This document shows, in pieces, positions 50,701 to 61,300 of a stretch of DNA of 64,000 bases. The notes under the pieces are model-generated. The model saw nothing but the letters and a program-made list of their open reading frames with translations, was not told the origin of the DNA and searched no databases. The stretch spans positions 4,960,001-5,024,000 of the forward strand of contig JBHGNT010000017.1 in NCBI GenBank assembly GCA_043228905.1, given 5' to 3'. The first letter of the stretch is position 1; the number at the start of each line of letters is the position of its first letter. Source of the stretch: Azolla caroliniana. Lineage: Eukaryota; Plantae; Polypodiophyta. The translations under genes were made by a program, and so were the position numbers.

Positions 50701-52438
50701 GAAGGATGGTGGTGGCAAGGAACGAGACCCGACATCGAGAATAGCCGGCAAGACGGAAGTTGTCTAATTGCAAACCCCCTACCAGCCGGTTACGGTTTCC
50801 GAGGGAGCCAGTAAGGGCAAGTACCGGCGGTGTGCCAAGCCGGGAAGGGCACACCCAGAGTTGAAGAAGAATCGTGCAAGTGGCCATCGAGGGCCGAATC
50901 GGAGCACGACTAAAGGACGACCCGCACGCGGTGGTGCTGGGAATGCGGAAAGGGGTGCGCAACGAACTGCACAGGTGAAAAACCGGGAAGATATACAGGC
51001 CGGAGAAGGATCCTCCACGCCTGCTTCGGAGATCTCAACGGCTTAGTCGGAGTGGCAGCAACTAGTGTCGCAAGACAAGCCCGAGATGACAAGCAGGTGG
51101 GGGCGAGGGGACGACGGCGAGCGAAAGGCTTCAACCCGGAGGCAACGGCGCAAGACGGAAGAGGGCCAAGCCGGCTACTACGGATATTCCTCATACGCAG
51201 AGGACACCCACAGGCGAAAGGGAAACAGTGGTGCCGAGATTTCGCACGCACCGACTTTGGAGACTCCGGCATCCAACCCGAGAGCCTGTGTGAGACCGAG
51301 AGTGACAGACAGTAGCGGCGGCAAAGACGGCGAACAAGACAACCCAGCAACGGACTAAGGCCAAGTGGGCCGTTACGAGCACTCCTCAAGCGGAGGACCC
51401 CGGACCTACGGCGGATAGCGGAGCGTGCATTTGGCCACGTGAAGGGCCAAAAATGAAGTACCCGTACTACGCAATCGCGACAATTGACCTATCGACGAGG
51501 CGAATGAGCCTACGAGGAGGCAGGCACGAGGACGACCGGTTCGAAGCGAATGGCGATCCGGAGGACGAAGGGTAAGCGCGGGCCGGTCTTCTCCAACAAA
51601 GAGTCTATTTTGGCGCATACCGGTGGATGCGCGGTTAGGTGGGGGCGGATGTCGTGGAGAAAACCGTCCCTAGCCGGAATCAGAGAATATCGGGAGAATT
51701 GGCAAAGTGCATCATGTGTACTCACACTTGTAAAAACATGTGAATAGTAGGAGTCGAGTCGGGATAGAGAATCCCATGTAAGTTGGGATTTATCCCACAT
51801 TGTAACGCATCCCTCTCCTTGGTCTACAAAAGGAAGGGAGCGCCCCTTTGTGAAGGGGTTGCCCATTTTGAGTTAGGAGGGTATGCCGTCAGGTTTAGTA
51901 TTCCGTTTATCTTTTCTTCTTCTTCTTCCCCTTCGTGTTTGCTTAGGGTTTGCTTCCGCTCGGCCTCTTGTGCAAGACCCCGCTCGGCGCAACGAGCCCG
52001 AGAACTCCCCGAGAGCGGCTTGGCGGTAGACTGCTGTTGTAGCGTAACCTACCTTGGTCTGGCTCGAAGCCGGGGATGTATTCTTTCCCTTGTAATATAC
52101 ATATTTGCGTCTGTCTGTTCATATCGGTGTATTTGGTGGTGTCGGAAGCACAACCCCTTGCTTCCTGTGCATAAGAGTCGGTGTCGCGCGCATGCTCTCC
52201 CTCTCCTTTGTCTCTCTCTCTCTCTCTCTCTCTCGCGTTCGGTTGCCTCCGGAGCGCGTCCAGCGTCGGTTTCTCAGCACCCCCTTTTCTCCCTAGTCCG
52301 AGACCCCTGTGGTCCCGCGCTTCTCCATGCACGCGCGTAACAACACGACAACGGGTAAAGAGCCAGGACGGAAGGCACTCTGTTCAGTATTTGATGGTGA
52401 GACCGAACCATGATAGGAATCATGAGTCTCTTGGCAAC

Positions 52439-55344
52439 TGTTACCCCGTACGAGATGTACGGAGAGCCAAGTGTGATGAGCGAGGGTCGAATGTTATCAT
52501 GATGTTGTTGTGTATATGTAGGGGGCATAAATGTAATTGTGATTCTATACGTATGTGAACACATGCACACGTGTGTGCATGTGGATGGATACGAGGAGGT
52601 GTGAGTGAGTGTCCAGTATGAATGCTCGAGGGGGCTTACACCCCTATGTATCTACCCCCTCTTGTCCTATTTAACCCCTTATGGGGAATGAATGAAACAT
52701 ATAACCATTTTCTCTCTCTCTATCTTTGTCATCTGTCTTCTTCTCTCTCCCCTTAACGTTGAACCCCCTTGGGAGGGGGGTGGAGCCATTCTAGGCACCA
52801 CCCCCCACCTTGCAATTCTTGTCAACATCGTCATGATCTCTCATACCATTCACCATTTCCACCATTCCACAATGCTTATCTCAATCATCACACCGATCAT
52901 TATAATCATGCTATCATAATCATCATCCCTAACCCTAAAAACGTACAACACCTTTTGGCGACCACTAAGGCGACTCCCTTTGGAGACGGAATTGAAGAAT
53001 GATACGCGGATGTGCAAGCCATAGAGACTAAGTGCAAGAAATGGCGAAATGCAAAAATGACGGTGAAGATGTTGGAGGAAGTCTATGGAGGAATGCATGA
53101 ATGGCAACAATGTTTGTGCGAGGTTGCGATTAGTGTCCATGTGCGTGTTTCCGAAAACGGTTAGCGACAATGTGCGTGTTCTCAAAAGCATGGTGCAAGA
53201 TACACAACTGGACAAACACCAACGCAAAGGGAACCGGTGCCAACACGACCGGAAAGAGAAGTTCACCAGGAGACTGCGGAGAAAGTCGCAGTGTGTGGAG
53301 TGGAGTCCGACAGGATGTGCTGAGAATGCACGGGATATGGTTCTAGAAGAAGAAACACGTAGAGAGTCGGAACCGGAATCGGAACCAGAACCCGAGTCGG
53401 TTAACACCGAAGGGTCAAAGAAGATGGAGATGGAGATGCAGATGCAAACCAGACATCAACCAACAGCGCCAGAATGTTACGGACGGATGCACTAGACAAA
53501 GGTGACCAAAAAGACACAAGACACAGTAGGATGGGACAAATGGGATGAACAGGCGACCACACAGACGGACGGACCGGACACGCGACCAGAAGACAGCAGG
53601 ACGACGACCGAACAGAGATGAAGAGCAACAGAGACGATATCCGAAATGCACAACCATGGCAACGGCAACGGCAATGGCCAGACGGTGGGACATGGACACT
53701 GAAAAGCGATAGAGTCGGCGACGAGGATAGAGCCGCCGAAAAGCGAAGGAGACTATGACAACTACGGACAGCAGGTCGATGGGCGGAATGGCAGAACATC
53801 GGTCAGAGTGGCCGAACAACACAGGAACGGAGGCGGCCGGACTGGACAAACGGACGAGTCGGACAACGACGAAGATGGAGATGGTCGGACATCGACCGAA
53901 CCAACGACCGGAGCGGTTGGCCGGACGAATGGGACGACGGTGAGAGAAACAGACAGATGAAGAGTCGAAACTAACGGACAATCGGATAAATGACCGATAG
54001 AGTTCAACAGCGGCCAAATCGACGACCAGAAGGCAAGAGGCAGTCGGACAAGGCCGAAACCGTGGGGCGGAAATCGGCTGAACAACAGAAATGCAGCAGC
54101 CAGAGTGGCGGCCGGATAGCAGAACGACAACAGAGATGGACGGTGACGGACAACAACAATGACAAAGACAAAAGAAACATGGATATATAGAGAAGAGACA
54201 GAGGCAAAAGGAGAAGGAGAAAGAGAAGAAGCAGAGAAGGAAGAGGAAGGAAAAGCACCATTAGCAGTGGAAGAACAAAGAAAAAGAAAAGAAAGACAGG
54301 AAGATTACCCAAATCTATCACCAAAACAAAAGAAGAGAAAGAGACGTTGAAGAAGAAGAAGAAGAAGAAGAAGAAGAAGAAGAAGGAAGGAAGGAATCAG
54401 AGGAGACACAGATAGAAAGGAAGGAAACGACAGAAGCAAGAAGGAGAAGGAGAAGGAGAAGGGATCGTGAAAGAGAAGGACGCAGAAGAGAGAGAAGCAA
54501 AAACTGACATAGTCAAGACAAGATCCGTAGACAGGAAGAGAAAGAAGAGAAAGATAGGAAAAAGATGAACAGACAAAGGAAAGAGCGGGAGAGGCAAAAC
54601 ATAAAAAAGGAATGAAGAAATGTAGAAAGAAGAAGAAGAGGGGAAAAAGAGATGATAAGGGCATATGGGAGAATTTCAATTACGTAGGGGTATTGAATAG
54701 AATTTTTTTTAAAAAATTATGAGGACGTAACGATAAAATTTCATCAACATAAGGGTACATATCAAAATTTTAAAAAACAAGAGGGCACCACCAAATATTT
54801 GAAAATCCCCAAGACTACTCACACACTCAAAACAAAGGAAGAACATACATATACACGACATGATTTTGGAACCATGACGAAGTTCGTAAACCGACAGAAC
54901 GAGAATGTTCGTGTCACGGAAAGATTTGCTGACCGACAAAGATGTTCGAGTCAAGCACTCTGATCGAGGGAGTCGATCGTTGAAAGGACCGATGGAAGTC
55001 CCGGTCGAAGAAATATCATCATCAAGGCATGTGGGATCGACGTGCAAGGCACTCTCCCACAGGCGTGCCATATTGTGTTACCCCGTACGAGATGTACGGA
55101 GAGTCAAGTGTCTTGAGTGAGGGTCGAATGTTATCATGATGTTGTTGTCTATGTGTAGGGGGCATAAATGTAATTGTGATTCTATACGTATGTGAACACA
55201 TGCACACGTGTGTGCATGTGGATGGATACGAGGAGGTGTGAGTGAGTGTCCAGTATGAATGCTCGAGGGGGCTTACACCTCTATGTATCTACCCCCTCTT
55301 GTACTATTTAACCCCTTATGGGGAATGAATGAAACATATAACCA

Positions 55345-55385
<41 letters not shown>

Positions 55386-55410
55386 TCATCTCTCTTCTTC
55401 TCTCTCTTGT
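52439..55410 (+). mobile_element. Non-coding LTR element (LARD-like) with truncated 3' LTR
   Basis: TGTTACCCCGTACGAGATG begins at both 52439 and 55076, with a near-identical ~330 bp. 5' LTR ends ACAACA at 52950, followed by PBS-like TGGCGACCACT (52956). The purine-rich interior has no TE protein motifs. Confidence 0.8.
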
Positions 55411-55885
55411 ACTATTGTGGGGTGGGGGGTGGCTCTGATTGCATAGGAAGTCGGTGAGCTCCCGACAGAGGCTCCTCGTTGAATCGGTGCGTGTGGCTAC
55501 GTGTGTGTGGGAGTGGGTTGTTGTTTGGCGAGCGCACAACTCTGTTACCGGCCAGGCCGGTTGTACTCTATCTATTTTGATCTATTCATTCGATTGTTGC
55601 CCGTGTGTCTCCTTGATTCAGGTCTCTCTCTCTGTTTCCATTCATTCGATCGCTATCCATGTATCTCTTGGGTTCGGGTCTCTCTCGTTGTCCTGATACT
55701 ATCACATCGACTCTGAGATCCTCTGAGAGGGACAAAGCACGGTTGCATCCGGGTTGCCATACATGTTATTAGATACCCAGAGACCAGCTTGCAAACCGTG
55801 TCAGTCTCTCTTCTCACTTCCTGCACTCCTTGGTCGAGGGTCCCCGCAGTCCCTCCGAAGATCCTACAAGCAGACGCGCAATACA

Positions 55886-58045
55886 ACGGATCTTTCGCAG
55901 CTTCGGCAACGATCTCCGGTTTTGAACTACTGCCACCTTCATCATAAAGGCATAGTGATTTGCCATATAGTCGTTGTAGCCGAATCAGCTAACTAGATTG
56001 TTCTCTCGGGTGGAGCAACGGAGTTTCTCATTTGCCGATGTGAGTGCTTTCTTAATTCTCGGTGACCTCATAAGAGGTACATCAAATTCATGAAACTCAC
56101 TATCGAGTGAGTGAGTCGATTTGTTGCCGTCGAAGTGATTTTCTTCTTATTCCGACATTTTGGTCTTCCCTTTGTCCATCTTTGGACTTGGTCGAGATAT
56201 GCTTTGGTTGCTCGAAGGCTCTTGTGGTCTACTCCATCTGGTTGGGATTGGACTCTCTTCGAGTATTGACCTTAGTTGATCATTGTCTTCTGTGTTTTCG
56301 AGGTCATTCGTAGATGGTTCGGGAGGATTCGGCTCGGGTTTGTACCATGATGTCGATTCATCAAAGAAGACATCCCGACTTACACAAGCCTTCCGAGTAG
56401 AGGGGTTGAAGAACTTGTACCCCTTTTGCTCTAGTGAGTACCCCATGAGGATGCACTTCTTTGTGAACTTGGGTCAAGCTTATGCCGCTTCTCATCGGGA
56501 ATGTGCACGTATGCAATGGAGCCGAATATCCTTATATGGGATAGATCTGGCTTCTTCCCATAGTATTTCTCGTGCGGGGTGACTTCGTGTACTCCGGATG
56601 TTGTGCACCGATTCATGAGGTGAACGACGGTATTTGTAGCTTCTGTCCAATATGACTTGGGCATATGCTTCTCATTTACCATGGCCCTTGCTACTTCGAG
56701 GATGTGTTGATTCTTGCGTTTGGCTACAACATTCTGTTGCGGTGTGTGTCGGCAAGTGAATTCTCACTGAATTCCTTCTTGTCGAAGATATGTCGTGAAC
56801 GCATCGGAGAAGTATTCCTTTCCTCCATCCGACCGAAGACATTGTACATGGCGGTCAGTTGTCTTTTCGACTTCGCTTTTGAATTTTTGGAAGTGTGTAA
56901 ACACTTCTCTCTTCATCCTCATGGGAAAGATCCATGTGTATCTAGAGAAGTCGTCGATGAAGGTAACATGGTACCGACATCCTTCGAATGTGGTCGTCTG
57001 TGCCGGTCCCCACACATCTGAGTGGACTATATCCAATAGGCCTTTGCTCATGTTCCTCTCCTTCGGGAATGGATGCCGATGTGGCTTGTCGAATTGGCAT
57101 GCTCCACATACTCCTTCAATCTCTTTCTCTTTGAACGTCGGAAGTCCAATGACGACTCCTTTCGATTGCATCGCCTTGAGTTTGTTGAGATTGATATGGC
57201 CGATTATTTTATGCCATAGCTTTATGTCGGTGTTGGGTTTGAGGCCCTTTGCAAACATGGCCGATTTTACCTAATTCGCTTCAAGGATAAACATTCGGCC
57301 TTCCCTTTGACCACGACCAATTAGTCGGCCTTCCTTCTCGATGAAGCAACCACCTTGGTTGAATCGAACTTGCATCCCTTGCTCCACAATTTGGCTGATC
57401 GAGACCAAATTCTTCGTTATGGTGGGTACATGTAAGACATTTTTGATGCAAGTTTGTTCGCCATCTTTCCCGAATGTGACATTGCCGACATGTCAAATCG
57501 GATGAGTGGTGTCGTCTCCAGTCTCGACATAACCGGGTCGATCCAGCTCTCGTAAGTCTCGGAACCATTCTTGATGAGACGTCATATGGTTCGAAGCACC
57601 GGAGTCGACGAACCATACATCTTTTGAATTGGAGGCATTAGTCGAAGTGGATGCCGACATAGAATTTGCTCTATGTCTCATCATGAACATTCCGCCATAG
57701 TCTTCATAGTCGGAGTTTGTGACATAATTTATGACTTGTCGGCTTGTGGAAGCCGATTCACGCTTCTTCTTCGTGGTGACCGATTTTTCTGCAATATCCG
57801 CATTCGATCGAGTTTTGTCGGCCTAGACCGGAATGGAAGCTCCCCCTTCTTCTGAAGGTTCCTCGATGGCTTCCGTCTTGATGCCGAAATTGCGAGTTGT
57901 TTTCGTAAGTCGAGCCTCGTCCGCCTCGTCCTTGGCCGAATCGGCCTCTTGCTCAACCGCGTCCTCTTCCTCCGTTCGAATTTGTGTAGAGTGAGTGTCC
58001 TTCTGAGGCATTGCTTCTCGTTCGAACATGGTTTTCTTCAACCAA
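55886..58045 (-). mobile_element. Ty1/copia element E, 5' part (gag end, protease, integrase)
   Basis: WFVDSGASNHM protease, HSDVWGP and LRSDGGKEY integrase. Joins 30689 to restore EAAKDPQW. No 5' LTR seen. Confidence 0.85.
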
Positions 58046-58234
58046 CAACAATTGGAACAGACAAGAATGGCTTTGGATAGGGTCCAAACTACCTACCAAA
58101 CCAAACTATTGGAATATGAAGTGCAAGCTAAGGCCACCGCTGTCCACATTAAATAGCTTAAGGCTGATGTAAAGAATCGAGAGTGATTCTGTGCAGAGGA
58201 AGGACTGTGTGTGTGCATGTGTATGTGCACGTGA

Positions 58235-58235
<1 letters not shown>

Positions 58236-58278
<43 letters not shown>
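58236..58278. repeat. (AG)n microsatellite; similar tracts at 16293-16337, 20778-20808, 28710-28745 and 55347-55382
   Basis: Direct reading of dinucleotide runs. Confidence 0.9.
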
Positions 58279-58280
<2 letters not shown>

Positions 58281-58308
58281 CTTAAAACAAGAAATTGTAT
58301 ATAGCGTC

Positions 58309-61300
58309 TGTTGAGAGACAAGCTCAACATCGGCTGGATCGGCTGAAGAAGCTGAGGACCGGATCGGTTGGGACCGATCGGTTAGGCCGAATGCGTAAGC
58401 CGGTATGCAGATCGGTGCGTAGGTAGAGCCGGATTGGTGCGTAAACCGGGAGGCAGTTAGGAAAGATATTCCGTGAGGAATATATTTGGGAGTTAGTGTA
58501 GGAGCTCTTAATGAGCATTGAAGTATTGTCAGTACTTCTGTCAGTCCTTCTAGGACTTGTATAAAAGTGTTCATTAAACACACATATGTATAGAGTGTGG
58601 TGAATAGAGATTTAGTACTGTTGTTGAATATAGTTCTTGTTTTTCCTCTCTCACTCTCTCTGTCTCTCCCGCATATACTGTGTAAGCTCAAGCTCTCCAT
58701 TAAACCTGAGTTTTCTTCCTTTTGTTCCGTCTTCATACTTGCTTCTGCACGTTACTTTTTACATGGTATCAGAGCGCGAGGGTTGAGAACCTCTTTGCAG
58801 CCGACACATCTTGACGAAGAAGAACAAGAAGAACGATGGATAGAGGCATGGCGAGCTCGCTTCCAACAGAGAAGCTCGACAGAACCAACTACGCATCTTG
58901 GTCCTACAAGATGCACCAGTACCTGCTCGGGCACGACTACTGGAGTTATGTCGAAGGAGCTAATGACGCGGCACCCGAATTGACACACAGAGACTTCTCG
59001 TTGTGGGAGCAATCGGCGAGCAGGGTATTATACTGCTTCGCGTCGTGTGTGGGCGAACAACTATTGAGCTATGTTCAGGATGCAAAGACGCCGAAGGGTG
59101 CGTGGGAAAATCTGAAGAAGATTTTCGCCGCGAGCACCACAACCAAGAAGCTTAAGCTCCGACAGGAGTTGAGCAACCTACGACAACGCGATTTGTCGGT
59201 GGCGGACTATACCTCCAAGACCAAGGATATCTACGACTCCCTCGCCTCCATAGAGGTGAACATCGAGGAGAGCGAGATGGTCCAAATCTGTCTCGAAGGT
59301 TTGGCATCGAAGTTCGGAGCGTTCCGAACGGCTGTGTGTACCCGGCAGAATACACCGTCCTTTTTTAACTTATAGTCAATGCTCCTGGTAGAGGAGAATC
59401 ACGCGGGTGCGTCTACAAGCACGCACACCGACAACAGAATGTTGTACACGGAGGGAGATAGGCCCCGTGCACGTGGAGGACGAGGCGAGTCGGTGCGCAA
59501 TGGAGGCGGCCGACGAGATCAAGGAAGAAGGCACCGAAGTGATGTCGACAGCAACACCGGACCCTCCAGAAACAGGGAGAGTCGAAGCGATGAGAACCGG
59601 CAAGGGAAGGCCATCGCGGAGTGCTGGTACTGTGGCAAGAAAGGCCACAGGGAAAGTGAGTGCTGGAAGAAGCGCGCCGATTCGGAGAGAACCGGTTCCG
59701 GAAACGGCTCCGGACATGGCGACAAGGGAAATCGGCAGCAATCGCACTACGCCAAAGACTCCGGGAGAGCCGGAGAAGGGTCTGCCTTCGTGACGAGACA
59801 TGAAGAAAACTCAATGAAACGGACCACCCCGAGATCGGACGAGGTGTGGTACGTAGACTCCGGCGCGTCAAACCACATGACGAGCCATAAGAAGTGGTTC
59901 TCGTACCTTGAAAAACCGATTCAACCTGGAGTAGTCGCAACTAGAGACGACATTCCGCATCCGATCGCGAATGTCGGAGAAGTTCCCCTTAGCCATGTCG
60001 GGCAGAAAGGGAAACTCATGAATGTGTTGCACGTTCCGACAATCACGAAAAACTTGGTCTCGGTCGGACAGATCGTCGACCAAGGGATGGAGGTTCGGTT
60101 TACACACCTCGGGTGCTTCATTGAGGAAGAAGGCCGTGTGATTGCACAAGGGCGCAGAGACGGGAGGATGTTCATCCTTGACTCCACTGACGGTGGCACC
60201 GCAATGTTCGCAAAGGGACAAAAATCCGAGTCGGACATCGACTTGTGGCACAAGCGGATAGGCCACGTCAACTACCAACGGCTTCAAGATCTGCAATCGA
60301 AACAGGTAGTGTTCGGATTGCCCAAATTTAGTGGCCGAAAGGCACAAATTTGTGAAACCTGCCAGCTCGGGAAGTAGCACCGACTTCCTTTCCCCAACGA
60401 GCGAAACCGGAGCCGAAACAAGCTCGACCTTATACACTTTGATGTATGGGGGCCGACACAAAACGTTAGTCTTGGCGGGAGCCGATATTTCGTCTCGTTC
60501 ATCGACGACTACACGCGGCACACGTGGATCTACCTCATTGAGAGGAAGAGCGAAGTCTTCGACTGTTTCCGGGACCTCAAAGGGTTCGTGGAAACGGAAA
60601 CGGGATGAAAGATCAAGTGCATGCGGTCGGATGGCGGGAAAGAGTACTTTTCCGGTCAATTCAACGGTTATCTACAACAAATGGGAATTCGGCGCGAATT
60701 CAGTTGTAGATACACGCCGGAGAAGAACGGCATGACCGAGAGGAAGAATCGGTCAGTTGTGGAAGCGGCACGGGCAATGCTGGAGGAGAAGAGCTTGCCC
60801 AAGTTCTACTGGGCCGAGGCGGTAAGGACCGCAGTATACATCCAAAACCGAATCAGAAACAAAGTGTCGGCGCACGAGCTATATTTCAAAACGAAGCCGA
60901 ACTTGCGACACTTGAGGGTGTTCGGTAGCATTGCGTATGTGCATGTACCGAAGGAGAAAAGAAGGAAGCTGGACGCAAAGGCCGAGAAAAGCATCTTGGT
61001 CGGTTACTCGGGCGAGCAGAAGGGTTATAAGTGCTATAACCCTTGCACCAAACAAGTGCGTGTTAGCCACGACGTTGTGTTTGATGAGTCCGCGTCCTGG
61101 TACCAGCCCCCGACTCCAATCCGAGCTCTGACGATGAGGTCAGCGAGGCCGAGATGCCTCCGGATGAGCCCGAAATCGAGACCCGCGAAGAGAGTCCGAT
61201 TTCACTCCATTTAACTGGACCGATTGGACGACTGAGTCGGTACGATCAGTCCGATGAAGAGTCGGCGAGTAGTGGAGACTCGGCCGTGCATTCCCCGCAC

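Larger units (their letters stand above)
45031..52350 (+). mobile_element. Non-autonomous gag-only gypsy element G3
   Basis: LTRs 45031-47743 (interrupted by a LINE) and 51650-52350, TSD ACGA/ACGG, PBS 47748-47765. Divergent gag at 47781-48392 (VGRFNRDKVPSFLEAY); no pol motifs recognised. Confidence 0.88.
30690..55885 (+). mobile_element. Outer Ty3/gypsy element G0, host of four nested elements; RT to integrase deleted
   Basis: 5' LTR 30690-31543 and partial 3' LTR ~55433-55885 (matches 31081-31543), TSD GCGG/ACGG. Split tRNA-Trp PBS. Gag/protease pieces at 36318-37530, 44250-45030 and 52355-52438. Confidence 0.85.

Noticed and set aside
48053-51618. Many overlapping ORFs in the G3 interior as captured genes
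   Set aside because: GC-rich repetitive sequence is poor in stop codons, and no recognisable domain appears in any frame.
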